Origin: Phycisphaerales bacterium
Lineage (GTDB): Bacteria > Planctomycetota > Phycisphaerae > Phycisphaerales > UBA1924
Direction of reading: 5' to 3'
Assembly: GCA_013360675.1 (NCBI GenBank)
Contig: JABWBB010000008.1
Location: 54,792-118,791, forward strand
Length of the DNA: 64,000 bases
This document shows, piece by piece, positions 19,208 to 28,513 of the stretch (position 1 is its first letter; each line of letters begins with the position of its first letter). The translations under genes were made by a program, and so were the position numbers. The notes under the pieces are model-generated. The model did not search any database and was not told the origin of the DNA. It saw only the letters and a list, made by a program, of their open reading frames with translations.

Positions 19208-20215
19208 TCAGCGTCGCTCGTGCCCGGGCGCAACATGGATCGGCGCAGGGATCGTCGCCATCGTGTGCAGCCCCGGGGCGGCCTTGATCAGCCGCGGGAT
19301 TGCGTTGATCACGATCGCCGACGTCGCGATGTCCCCGTGCACCCCTCCCGGGATCACCATGTCGATCGAGGGCTCGCCCTCGATCACCACGCGGTCGTGC
19401 GGCTGATCCTGGCCGATGGCGGCCTGGAACTCGAGGTGTACCACGCAGCGCTCGTCGGTGTAACCCCGGGCCACCTGGCGCACACCCGCCGCCCGCCCCT
19501 TGGGGATCGTCCCCAGCCCGCAGACTAGTTCGCGCTCAGCGCGGACGGGGCCGATGTCTTCTTCCCAGCGTTCCACTTTCAGCCCGGCATAGTGGGCGAT
19601 GAAATGGAGGCTCTCGCCCAGGCCCACGTGGCGGAGCGAGCCGTCCTTGATCTTCGCCGCGAACTGGTCGTCATCGAGCCCGGCCCCGATCTTTTTCTGA
19701 AAAGGGATCCGCCGGGACGAGGCGTCCTGGATGCGGTAGCAGCGAACCTCGCGGACACCGTTGCAGACGCTGGTCATCGCCGCGGGGAGAAAGTCCATCA
19801 GGAACCCAGGGTTGACCCCGGTGCCAAGCAGGCGTCCCCCGTGCTGCAGGCACAGGTCGTCAAGATCCTCGGCCAGGGCCAGATGTCGGAGCCACGGGTA
19901 GACGAGTTCCTCGCAGGTGCTCACCACGGCCTTGCCCCGCTCGATCAGGCCGCGGAATGTCGCCTCGCACGAGAGCAGGTCCGACGACGTGGCGACGACC
20001 ACGCCGTCCACGCTCTCCCAGTTGTCGAAGGCGTCGAGGCTCGGGGCGATTTTGAGGCGGGGATCGGCGCTGGGCACGATCTCGCACAGGGGCTTGTCCA
20101 CGAGCGACGGGGAGGCATCGATCGCCCCGACAATCTGTCCGGCCTCGCGCTTGATGAGGTCGTTGGCGATCCGGATACCCAGCGGCCCAAGCCCGACGTG
20201 CACGATTCGCTTCAT
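19208..20215 (-). CDS. DapB-N-like NAD(P)-dependent amine dehydrogenase family protein (2,4-diaminopentanoate dehydrogenase-like)
   Basis: MKRIVHVGLGPLGIRIANDL Rossmann start. GTGVNPGFLMD and GDIATSAIVINAIPRLIKAAPGLHTM resemble the Ord/amine-dehydrogenase family (by eye). Confidence 0.7.
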   Translation of the reverse strand: MKRIVHVGLGPLGIRIANDLIKREAGQIVGAIDASPSLVDKPLCEIVPSADPRLKIAPSLDAFDNWESVDGVVVATSSDLLSCEATFRGLIERGKAVVSTCEELVYPWLRHLALAEDLDDLCLQHGGRLLGTGVNPGFLMDFLPAAMTSVCNGVREVRCYRIQDASSRRIPFQKKIGAGLDDDQFAAKIKDGSLRHVGLGESLHFIAHYAGLKVERWEEDIGPVRAERELVCGLGTIPKGRAAGVRQVARGYTDERCVVHLEFQAAIGQDQPHDRVVIEGEPSIDMVIPGGVHGDIATSAIVINAIPRLIKAAPGLHTMATIPAPIHVAPGHERR

Positions 20216-20256
20216 GGGCGGACTGTAGTCGCTCGCCTCGTCGTGTCACCCGCCCG

Positions 20257-21180
20257 TCAGGCCTGGAGTGCGGAATCGAGCCGCCCGCGGGCTTTGTCCA
20301 GGCGGGCCTCCGCCTCGGGGCGGGCCAGGCCCAGCAGCCGCATGACCACCGCGACCTTGACGCTGCCCCCCGCCTCGTCGAGCAGCGCCAGGCACGCCTC
20401 GCGATCGAGCCCGGTCAGCGTCGCGATGATGCGTGCGGCGCGGTCGCGCAGCTTGGCGTTGGTGGCCCGCACATCGACCATCAGGTTCTGGTAGACCCGC
20501 CCCGAACGCACCATGAGCGTGGTCGAGATCGTGTTGAGCGCGAGTTTCGTCGCCGTCCCCGCTTTCATCCGCGTCGAGCCCGTCAGCACCTCGGGTCCGG
20601 TCTTGAGCACGAGCACGTGGTCCGCGTGTTCGACGACCCCCGGATCGGCGCAGGTCAGCAGGGCCGTGAGCGGGGCGTCCTCAGCGGTGCGTCCGTCGCG
20701 CCGGCAGTAGGCCAGCGCACCCAGCGCATACGGCGTCGTCCCGCCCGCGGCGATCGCGATGACGCTGTCGTTCGGGTTGAGGGCGAGTGATTCCAACTCA
20801 GTCCATGCACCGCGGGGGTCGTCCTCCAGTCCTTCGCTGCTCTTGCGCAGCGAGGCATCCCCACCTGCGATGAGCCCGATGATCCGGTCGGGCGGGACGC
20901 AGAACGTTGGCGGAGCCTCGCACGCGTCGAGCACGCCCAGCCGGCCGCTGGTCCCCGCGCCCACATAGATCAGCCTGCCGCCGGCGAGGAACCGCGGCTC
21001 GATCGCCTCGATTAGTCGCGTCAGGCGTGGCCTTGCGCGCTTGAGCGCCTGCACACTGTCGCGGTCTTCGCGATTGATCGTCTCGATGATCTCCCCGACC
21101 CCAAGGGTGTGAAGGTTCATCGTGCGTGGGTTGCGCTTCTCGGTGGAGACGTGTGAACGATCCGGCGGGGTCACATTCAT
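20257..21180 (-). CDS. murQ: N-acetylmuramic acid 6-phosphate etherase
   Basis: Start MNVTPPD at 21180. Motifs TEKRNPRTMNL, GGRLIYVGAGTSGRLGVLDA (SIS domain), GSTRMKAGTATKLALN. The track ORF is over-extended to 21567. Confidence 0.9.
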   Translation of the reverse strand: MNVTPPDRSHVSTEKRNPRTMNLHTLGVGEIIETINREDRDSVQALKRARPRLTRLIEAIEPRFLAGGRLIYVGAGTSGRLGVLDACEAPPTFCVPPDRIIGLIAGGDASLRKSSEGLEDDPRGAWTELESLALNPNDSVIAIAAGGTTPYALGALAYCRRDGRTAEDAPLTALLTCADPGVVEHADHVLVLKTGPEVLTGSTRMKAGTATKLALNTISTTLMVRSGRVYQNLMVDVRATNAKLRDRAARIIATLTGLDREACLALLDEAGGSVKVAVVMRLLGLARPEAEARLDKARGRLDSALQA

Positions 21181-21203
21181 GGGCGACAATAGCGGCCCTT
21201 CGC

Positions 21204-22310
21204 CTAGGCCGATCGCCCACGCGCCGGGTATACCCACGCCCCGCTCACGGGCGCAGGGCTCGAGCATCGCGTGACATGGGGCAGGGTGATGGGTACGCCA
21301 TCCTGGCAGAGCGCGCCGAGCACCGCGAAGCACGCCGCCTCGCGATACGCCGCGGGCACGCCGGCCTCGTCGGTCGTGCACACGCTTCGCCCCTGGGCCC
21401 TTTCGCTGATCGCCGCGATGAGGGCGCGATTCATCGTGCCCCCGCCCGCGAGCAGCACTTGGCGTGAATCCGAGGCAACCCCGCGGCGAACGATCACCTC
21501 GGCGATCGCCTCGCCCGCGCTGCGGAGCAGGTCCTCGCTCGCAGCATCCGCGTGCGCATCCACCCACGCGGCGAGTTCATCCCCCGTGCCCAGCGACCGC
21601 CCAGACTCTGCCTGTCGCTCGAGGAGGCGCTTTGCATCGTCGTAGACGCGTGGGACGATCGCGCCGTTCATGGCTGTCGCGCCGTCCGTGTCGTACCCAC
21701 ACCCGAGCCTTGCGCGGGCGATGGCATCGAGCAACTGGTTGCACGCGCACACGTCCCTCGCGTCGATGCGATCGATCGCCTCATCCCCGCCCGCGGGCAG
21801 GTTCGTGATGTTGCAGAACCCGCCGAGATTCACAACCGACACCGGCGAGGTTTCATCGCGGAAGAGCACCCAATCGGCCATTGGCGTGATGGGGGCCCCC
21901 TGCCCGTCCGCCGCCAGGTCCGCCTGACGCAGGTCATAGACCACCGGCACGCCCAGCGCGTGCGCGATCGGGGCGGGCTGCATCACCTGCCAACTCAGGG
22001 GCGGCTCGTGAAACACCGTCTGCCCGTGCACGCAGACAATGTCGCACGCTTCGCTGTCAAGCAACGCTTCAATCGCCCGCACGTGCAACAGTGCAAAGTC
22101 ATGCTGCGCTGAACACACCTCGCGAGCGGTCATCGCCTGCTGCTCGGCCAGGCGGCGCAGCGATGGCCCCACACTCCCCAGCGGCGTGCTGCGCCCACGC
22201 ACGAAGCGGGCCCTCATCGCCAGCCCACGCCCCTCGATCGTGACGAGGGCGACGTCGAGCCCGTCGAGGCTCGTGCCCGTCATGCAGCCGACGACCCGTC
22301 GCGTGCTCAC
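21204..22310 (-). CDS. anmK: Anhydro-N-acetylmuramic acid kinase
   Basis: GTG 22310 overlaps the GH20 stop (GTGA). N-terminus VVGCMTGTSLDGLDVALV matches the AnmK GxMSGTSxDGxD motif. Also has NLGGFCNIT. Confidence 0.85.
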   Translation of the reverse strand: MSTRRVVGCMTGTSLDGLDVALVTIEGRGLAMRARFVRGRSTPLGSVGPSLRRLAEQQAMTAREVCSAQHDFALLHVRAIEALLDSEACDIVCVHGQTVFHEPPLSWQVMQPAPIAHALGVPVVYDLRQADLAADGQGAPITPMADWVLFRDETSPVSVVNLGGFCNITNLPAGGDEAIDRIDARDVCACNQLLDAIARARLGCGYDTDGATAMNGAIVPRVYDDAKRLLERQAESGRSLGTGDELAAWVDAHADAASEDLLRSAGEAIAEVIVRRGVASDSRQVLLAGGGTMNRALIAAISERAQGRSVCTTDEAGVPAAYREAACFAVLGALCQDGVPITLPHVTRCSSPAPVSGAWVYPARGRSA

Positions 22311-24103
22311 GCAGTGGCCTCCCCGGGCTCGGGCCCGATCTTTCTGAAGAACGCGCAACTCTGCGCGAGCCCCCCAGAACGCGAGCGCTCGACCCACAGA
22401 CGCCGATGCTCGGCCTCGATCTCATGCCAGCTCCCCGGCGGTGAGCCTGTGCTCCAGCCGCGCCGACGCCCGAAGCGGTCCATGGCCAGACGCGTCATCG
22501 CCAGCGTGTGGCGCAGTTCGTCCATCAGCAATGGGCACGATGCCGCCGGCGCATTGCCCAGCGCCTCAAGGCGTGCGACGCACCCGTCATACACCTCGCG
22601 CGAGCCCACTTCGCGGGCTTCATCACAGCCCTTGAAGAGATCGGCGAAGATCGCGGTCTGGTTCCTGATGCGGCCCGTCTGCCCCGGCCTTGAGAGAGGC
22701 ATCGCGACACTGCGCAGCGGCTCATCCACGTCACCCAGAACATCGAGCCACGCCCCGATCTCGAGTGAAGGATCGTCGAAGGCATGCAGCGACACGGTGC
22801 CCGCGTCGGGCGTGTCACAACCGCACCACGCCGCGTGAAGCCCGTCGGCGATCCCACGCAGCGCCACGGGCCAGGTCTGCCAATGCCCGCTGTCACCCCA
22901 ATCGCAGACGAGCAGCCCCGCGGCACGCTGCGACAGCGCCGCCCGGGCCGCCCCTTCGATGTTGCCGCGGCGTTCGCTGGTTCGCCCGGTGATCGACCGC
23001 CACGAACTCGTCCCCGGGCAGAGCCAGAACCCGTGCATCCACGCCGGGCCGTGGCGCGTGAGGGCGCCGCACCAGTCGTCCCACGGAGCGTCGGGCTCAT
23101 ATCCCCAGGCCAAGGGAGTCATGTCGGCCTCGAGCATCGAGAGACAGTCCGGGTGCGACAGGGCGATGTCGGCCCAGAACATCGAACGCTTGCCCAGCCC
23201 CCGCGCGACCGCGGCGATCTGGCCCACAAACTCGGCGAAGACCGCGCCCCGGCCGCGCCGGCGTACCACGTCCGCCGAACGCCCATACGCAATGTCGTAG
23301 GTCTCATCGCAGCCGATATTGACGAGCGCACCGCTGAAGTGGGGGAGCAACTCGCCCAGCAATCGCTCGACAAAGCGCAGCGAGGCGGGATCGGTCGGGC
23401 AGAGCGAGAAAGGCCCACTGCGGGGCCAGACGTCAAACATCCAGTCGCCGTGGGTCTCGGCCAGGTGCGCAAAGGCGGGTTTCTCGAGCCATTCGCGCAG
23501 GTGCCCGAAGCAGTTCTGGTTCGCCGCCATATCGATGCCATGAGCCGCGCATGCCACGTCGATCTCTCGCACCTGTTCGGGCGTGAGCGGATCCCACCCG
23601 CCCCAGACCGATTCGGCCCCCTCGTAGGCAAACGTGTGCTCGGTGTAGAACTGCACGTGGTTGCACTTGAGGGCCGAGAGTTGCCCGATGATCCGATGAA
23701 ACTCGGTCATCGTCGGCACGCGGCAGCGTGAAACATCCAGCATCACGCCCCGCCGCCCGATCGCCGGGCGATCGTCGATCTCGCAGCACGGGGCTTGGCT
23801 TGGAAACTGACGCAGGATCTGCACGAGCGTCGCCCGCGCATGGCGTAAACCCGTGCTCGTGGGGGCGAGGCATTCGGCGATGAGGCATCCGGCATCGCCG
23901 GCGCGGATGGTCAGCCGATACGACTGGGCGTCTCGCTCATCCGCGCCGCACCAGGCGCCCGAGGTCTGCTCACGCAGCCACGCGGGTGCCGGCGACATCG
24001 TGAGTGCGCCGCTCATCCACGCGCTCGCGTCGGGCGGCACGTGCGCCACGCCCTCGAGCATGCGCACGTTCATGGGTGTCGGGATGAGTCTGAGTGAGTC
24101 CAT
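22307..24103 (-). CDS. Glycoside hydrolase family 20-like (beta-N-acetylhexosaminidase-like)
   Basis: ATG 24103 (MDSLRLIPTP); the track start at 24121 is TTG. Motifs GVMLDVSRCRVPT, NHVQFYTEHTF, and a catalytic-pair context NIGCDETYD. Confidence 0.75.
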   Translation of the reverse strand: MDSLRLIPTPMNVRMLEGVAHVPPDASAWMSGALTMSPAPAWLREQTSGAWCGADERDAQSYRLTIRAGDAGCLIAECLAPTSTGLRHARATLVQILRQFPSQAPCCEIDDRPAIGRRGVMLDVSRCRVPTMTEFHRIIGQLSALKCNHVQFYTEHTFAYEGAESVWGGWDPLTPEQVREIDVACAAHGIDMAANQNCFGHLREWLEKPAFAHLAETHGDWMFDVWPRSGPFSLCPTDPASLRFVERLLGELLPHFSGALVNIGCDETYDIAYGRSADVVRRRGRGAVFAEFVGQIAAVARGLGKRSMFWADIALSHPDCLSMLEADMTPLAWGYEPDAPWDDWCGALTRHGPAWMHGFWLCPGTSSWRSITGRTSERRGNIEGAARAALSQRAAGLLVCDWGDSGHWQTWPVALRGIADGLHAAWCGCDTPDAGTVSLHAFDDPSLEIGAWLDVLGDVDEPLRSVAMPLSRPGQTGRIRNQTAIFADLFKGCDEAREVGSREVYDGCVARLEALGNAPAASCPLLMDELRHTLAMTRLAMDRFGRRRGWSTGSPPGSWHEIEAEHRRLWVERSRSGGLAQSCAFFRKIGPEPGEATA

Positions 24104-24148
24104 GCGGCGTGCCCGGCCCAAACTCCATCCCGGGCGGGCCGGGGCATC

Positions 24149-25273
24149 CTACCGCGCGCAGGCCACCTCGACACCGGTCAGTTCCGCAGCCAGCGTTTCA
24201 ATTGCACGAGTCAGCACGCGGATCGCCCGCGCGTATTCGCGCAGCGAAATCCGCTCTTCGGGTGTGTGATCGAGCGCGCTGTCACCGGGCCCGTACGCCG
24301 AGATCGGGCACCCCCACACCGGCCCGACGACATTCATGTCCGACGTGCCCGTCTTGTGCTTGGGGTGGGGCGTGCCGCCCTCGCCCCGGATCGCGCCGGT
24401 GAGCGCCCGCGCCACCGGGTTGTTCCGGTCGCACACATGCGCTACTTCGGCTCCCGTGAACCCCAGCCGCACGTGTTCGCCCGCTTCCTCGCGGCAGATA
24501 ACCTCGATCCGCCGCGCCGTCACCCCCGGCGGTAATCGAAACCCGCCCAGAGCCGTGGCCCGCTCGTACAACCCGTCGCTTGACGTACCCATGCGGCGCA
24601 TCGTCGCCTGCACGCGCTCGAACGCACGCTCGGAGACGCGCTCTCGTTCGGCCCGGATGCGCACGCGATCCCACCAGCGGCAGAGATCATCGCCCACGCT
24701 CGTGCCCGGCCCCGCCGCGTGGGCCGACGCGCGACGCTCCTCATATTCAACCAGCAAGCGACCCTTGTAACCGAGCGTCACGCCGTCCCACCCGCTGGGC
24801 TCGCCGATGACGCACGCCGTGGGCGTGAACGACTTGATCGCCTGTAGCGCTCCGCGCGAGGTGGCGGCCTCTTCCTCGACGGCGCCGATCACGATCAGGC
24901 GCACGCCCGGGGGCACATTCGCCCGCGAGGCGGCGCACACAAACGTGGCCAGCGGGCCCTTCGCGTCGACGCTCCCCCGCCCGTGCAGCGTGTCCCCCTC
25001 GATCCGCACGGGGATATCGCCGGGCACCGTGTCCATGTGCCCCAGCAGCACGATGTCGATGCTCCGCCCCTTCTCGTCGGGCGAGCCGACGATGCCCACG
25101 GCGTTGCCCGCGGGGTCGATGTGGGCGTCCATGCCCCGCTCTCGCATCGCTCGCGAGAGATGCTCGGCCAGCGGGCGCTCGTGCCCGGTCAGGCTCGCGA
25201 TCGACACCATCTCAAAGAGCAGGCGAGCGTCGGGGTCGCTGGGTGCGCCTTCATTCACGGGATGCCGGTTCAT
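24149..25273 (-). CDS. lysK: [LysW]-lysine/ornithine hydrolase (M20 family, LysK/ArgE-like)
   Basis: M20 motifs LLGHMDTVPG and GRGSVDAKG. The start overlaps the lysZ stop (ATGA). Position in the lysWXYZK array supports the call. Confidence 0.8.
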   Translation of the reverse strand: MNRHPVNEGAPSDPDARLLFEMVSIASLTGHERPLAEHLSRAMRERGMDAHIDPAGNAVGIVGSPDEKGRSIDIVLLGHMDTVPGDIPVRIEGDTLHGRGSVDAKGPLATFVCAASRANVPPGVRLIVIGAVEEEAATSRGALQAIKSFTPTACVIGEPSGWDGVTLGYKGRLLVEYEERRASAHAAGPGTSVGDDLCRWWDRVRIRAERERVSERAFERVQATMRRMGTSSDGLYERATALGGFRLPPGVTARRIEVICREEAGEHVRLGFTGAEVAHVCDRNNPVARALTGAIRGEGGTPHPKHKTGTSDMNVVGPVWGCPISAYGPGDSALDHTPEERISLREYARAIRVLTRAIETLAAELTGVEVACAR

Positions 25274-26073
25274 TCAAATACCGTCCCTTCGCCGTTGAGT
25301 GCGCTGCTGATCGGCGTCGCGGTGCGCGCATCGCCGATGATGACACGCCCAACCCCCGCCTGCAACGCATCGCCCGCGCCCAGCACCTTCTTCTTCATGC
25401 GTCCCTGGGCGGCCTCCGCGGCGGCTTCGATCTCGTGCCGGGGCACGCGCCGGATCAGCGTCGATTCATCCGGGAACGCCCGGAGCAAGCCGCGCACGTT
25501 CGAGAGGAGCAGCAGCGTGTGCGCATGGAGCGCCGCGGCGGTCGCCGCCGCCGCCCGATCCGCGTCCACGTTGATCGGCTCGCCCTGCTCGCTGATGCCT
25601 GGGGGCGAGATCACCGGCGTGTACCCAGCCTCGAGCAGCATCTGCAGCAGGCTGGCGTTGACCCGCTCGACCGTGCCGGTGTAGTCGTCACGCACCACCA
25701 CCACGCGACCTGCCTCGACGCTGCGGATGGCCTCTTTCCGCTTCCCCTCCCACAGCCTGGCGTCGAGCCCCGACAGCCCGATCGCGTTCACGCCCGCACG
25801 CAAGAGACGCTCCACCAGAGACTGGTTCATGACGCCGCGGCAGGCCATCTGAAAGATCTCGAGTGTCTTTCGATCCGTCCGGCGGCTGGTGTGCCCCGAG
25901 GGGGAGGTAATGAACCGCGCCGGGTGTCCCAGTTGTTCGCTCAGCGTGTTGGTGGCGTGCGATCCCCCGTGCACGATGACGAGCTTCTGCCCGCCGTGGG
26001 TGAGCGTCCCCGCGTCCGTGGCGATCGCCTCGAGATCTACGCCCTCACTCCCGCCGACTTTCACGACAAGCAC
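25270..26073 (-). CDS. lysZ: [LysW]-aminoadipate/glutamate kinase (amino acid kinase family, LysZ/ArgB-like)
   Basis: GTG 26073 (VLVVKVGGSEGVD...) is preceded by GAGGGAG about 8 nt upstream and lies just after the lysY stop. The track ATG at 26136 would overlap lysY by 47 nt. Confidence 0.8.
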   Translation of the reverse strand: MLVVKVGGSEGVDLEAIATDAGTLTHGGQKLVIVHGGSHATNTLSEQLGHPARFITSPSGHTSRRTDRKTLEIFQMACRGVMNQSLVERLLRAGVNAIGLSGLDARLWEGKRKEAIRSVEAGRVVVVRDDYTGTVERVNASLLQMLLEAGYTPVISPPGISEQGEPINVDADRAAAATAAALHAHTLLLLSNVRGLLRAFPDESTLIRRVPRHEIEAAAEAAQGRMKKKVLGAGDALQAGVGRVIIGDARTATPISSALNGEGTVFE

Positions 26074-26089
26074 TCGAGTTCTCCCTCGT

Positions 26090-27118
26090 TCAATAGGGGT
26101 GCAGGCCGGCAAAGCCGAGGCCGGCCCGTTCCTCAAAGCCGCACATCAGGTTCATGCACTGCACCGCCGAGCCCGCCGCCCCCTTCATCAGGTTGTCGAT
26201 GGCGCTGATGACGACAATCCGCCCCGTGGCTTCATCGACCTCGAAGCCAACGTCGCACCAGTTAGTCCCGCCCAGGATCTTGGGCTCGGGGTAGCGGTGG
26301 ATGCCCGACTTGTCCTTGACGATCCGCACGAAGGGTTCGCCCCGATAAGCCTCGCGATAGAGCGACCAGACTTCCTTCTCGGTCATCGCCCGCGTGGGGA
26401 AGACATGCGCCGTGCACAGCACGCCCCGCACCAGTTCCACGCTCGTGACCGACATGTGCAGTTCAAACGCGCCCAGTTCCTGGGCCACCTCGGCCTGATG
26501 CCGGTGCCCCGCGGGGGCAAAGGTTCGCACGGTGCCGCTCTTCTCGGGGTGATGGCTCGTCGCGCTGGGCTCGGCCCCTGCCTCCGACGACCCCACCTTC
26601 AGGTCCGCGACCGCCGAGCGGATCAGCCCGGCCCGGGCCAGGGGCAACAGCGCAAGATTGACCGCCGTCGCGTTGCACCCCACACCGCTGGCCAGCCGGG
26701 CCCCGCGCAGGCGCTCGCGCTGCAGTTCGGGCAGGCCATAGACGAAGCGATCAAGCCAGGCGGAGGCGGCGTGATCCTCGGCGTACCAGCGTCGATACGC
26801 CGCCGCGTCACGCAGTCGAAAATCCGCCGACAGGTCCACCACACGTTCGGCCAGCCCCGCGTACTTCTCGATCGAGCGGCTCGCTTCGCCGTGCGGCAGG
26901 CACAAGAAAAGCACGTCGCACTTTTCTACCTGATCGGGCGACACGAACTGCAACTTGGTGCGCCCGCGCAGGTTCGGGTGCGACGTGTGCACGAACGCGC
27001 CGACCTGGCGGCGTGAGGTCACCTGCGCGACCTCGGCCAGCGGGTGATCCAGAAGCAGTCGGATCAACTCGCCGCCAGTGTACCCCGAAGCCCCGATGAT
27101 CGAACAACGCACGCTCAT
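26090..27118 (-). CDS. lysY: [LysW]-aminoadipyl/glutamyl-phosphate reductase (LysY/ArgC-like)
   Basis: MSVRCSIIGASGYTGGELIRLL. The active-site Cys lies in the context ASGVGCNATA. The start overlaps the lysX stop (ATGA). Confidence 0.85.
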   Translation of the reverse strand: MSVRCSIIGASGYTGGELIRLLLDHPLAEVAQVTSRRQVGAFVHTSHPNLRGRTKLQFVSPDQVEKCDVLFLCLPHGEASRSIEKYAGLAERVVDLSADFRLRDAAAYRRWYAEDHAASAWLDRFVYGLPELQRERLRGARLASGVGCNATAVNLALLPLARAGLIRSAVADLKVGSSEAGAEPSATSHHPEKSGTVRTFAPAGHRHQAEVAQELGAFELHMSVTSVELVRGVLCTAHVFPTRAMTEKEVWSLYREAYRGEPFVRIVKDKSGIHRYPEPKILGGTNWCDVGFEVDEATGRIVVISAIDNLMKGAAGSAVQCMNLMCGFEERAGLGFAGLHPY

Positions 27119-27996
27119 GCCCGCACTCCTTCAGGCGTGCGGACCCAGCCCCGGCGTGCCAGCCCCAGCGTCCACTCGACAATCCGCCCGGGGATGTCTA
27201 CCCCTGTGGGCTCGATGCTGTTGCGAAACTCCATCGTGTGGTTCACCTCGCCCACGGTCAGCCCGTCGCGCGGGTGCTCGAGCAGGTCGACCGCAACGAT
27301 ACCCCCGCCCACCGCGTGCGCCGCCCGCACCGAGATCGCGCCCACCTCACCGCTCACATCGATGGGCGTGGCCCTGCCACCCCGCGCGGTGTTGGTGATC
27401 CAGTGCTCGCTCTCGCGGGCGATGCCGCAGATCGCCTCGTCCCCCGCGACAAAGACGCGAAGATCACGCCCGGGCTTGTTGACATGTTCCTGCACGTAGA
27501 AGACCGAGTGCTGCACGCTCCCGAGCGTCGCCTTGTGCTCGACAATCGCCTCGGCGGCGTCGCGGTCATTCACCCGGGAAAGCAGCCGCCCCCACGAGCC
27601 CACCGTCGGCTTGAGGACCGCCGGATAGCCATTGGCCTCGATCGCGGCGATGGCCGAGTTCTCGCTCACCGCGACGCGTGTCCGGGGCGTGGGCACACCC
27701 GCCCGCACCAGCGCCACGCTCGTGGCCAGCTTGTCGCCGCAGGTATCGATGACGCGCGAGGGATTCACCACCGGCATGCCCCAGCCCTCGAAGACTCGGA
27801 CGACCGCGAGGGCCGCCGAGTGGCTGACGCAGCGATCGATCGCCGCGTCGAACCGCTGCCAGGGGGATGGGTCGTGCAGATCGAGCACGATCTCACGCAC
27901 GTCGACGAACTCGTGCTCGATCCCCCGTGCCGCCAGCGACTCGCCCAGCAGCCTCTCTTCGACCCGAATCCTCGAATGCAGTATCGCAATCCGCAT
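27115..27996 (-). CDS. lysX: LysW--alpha-aminoadipate/glutamate ligase (RimK-type ATP-grasp, LysX)
   Basis: Near-collinear by-eye match to Thermus LysX: MRIAILHSRIRVEERLL, CGDKLATSVAL, GYPAVLKPTVGSWGRLLSRV, HWITNTARGG, VAVDLLE, EVNHTMEFRNS. Confidence 0.9.
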   Translation of the reverse strand: MRIAILHSRIRVEERLLGESLAARGIEHEFVDVREIVLDLHDPSPWQRFDAAIDRCVSHSAALAVVRVFEGWGMPVVNPSRVIDTCGDKLATSVALVRAGVPTPRTRVAVSENSAIAAIEANGYPAVLKPTVGSWGRLLSRVNDRDAAEAIVEHKATLGSVQHSVFYVQEHVNKPGRDLRVFVAGDEAICGIARESEHWITNTARGGRATPIDVSGEVGAISVRAAHAVGGGIVAVDLLEHPRDGLTVGEVNHTMEFRNSIEPTGVDIPGRIVEWTLGLARRGWVRTPEGVRA

Positions 27997-28062
27997 GACC
28001 GACTCCTGTTCCCCTCGTGAATCAACCGTGACAAGCGCGACAAATACCTTTCCGCGGCCGAC

Positions 28063-28251
28063 TCACTCGCCCCAGTCTTCCTCGACCTCGGGGGCCAGGA
28101 CCACGCTCAGCGGCTGCGTGCTGGTGACTTCGAGTTCCACCGCACATTCGGCGCACCGCACCACCTCGCCATTGAGCGGGGCGCGGGCAAACTCCACCCG
28201 CCCGCCGCACTCGGGGCATTCACACGCGATCGTGTACGTTCCGGTATCCAT
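28063..28251 (-). CDS. lysW: Amino-group carrier protein LysW
   Basis: ATG 28251 with AAGGAG upstream. 62 aa with a zinc ribbon (CPECGG ... CAECA) and the diagnostic acidic C-terminus EVEEDWGE. Confidence 0.9.
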   Translation of the reverse strand: MDTGTYTIACECPECGGRVEFARAPLNGEVVRCAECAVELEVTSTQPLSVVLAPEVEEDWGE

Positions 28252-28308
28252 CGCAGTCTCCTTTCGTTTCTCAACCTTCGAGCCCGGGGTCACACGCCCC
28301 GGAAGAGT

Positions 28309-28351
28309 TCAAAAGCACAACGGGCCCACCGACCACTGGTCCGGCGAGCCC
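28309..28351 (-). terminator. Candidate attenuator terminator upstream of lysW
   Basis: In minus sense, GGGCUCGCCGGACCAGUGGUCGGUGGGCCC (about 11 pairs including G-U, hand-folded) is followed by GUUGUGCUUUUG. It lies between the leader ORF and lysW. Confidence 0.4.
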
Positions 28352-28393
28352 GATCCGATCCTTGGCGCTTCCGCGCCCAGTTCGTGTTCGGTG

Positions 28394-28513
28394 TCACCGG
28401 CCCGGGGGGGCTTTCGCTTTCCCTTTGGCTTTGGCTTTGAGGCCGCACGACACGACACCGCACGCGGCGAATTCGCCGTTCATGCCCGCCAGGTTGGCCG
28501 TCGTGGTGCTCAT
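28394..28513 (-). CDS. Candidate Lys-rich leader peptide (39 aa) of the lysW operon
   Basis: Sequence MSTTTANLAGMNGEFAACGVVSCGLKAKAKGKAKAPPGR. An SD-like GAAGAGG lies 5-6 nt upstream. Third-codon positions are mostly G/C except five AAA Lys codons. Not in the ORF track (<60 aa). Confidence 0.4.
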   Translation of the reverse strand: MSTTTANLAGMNGEFAACGVVSCGLKAKAKGKAKAPPGR

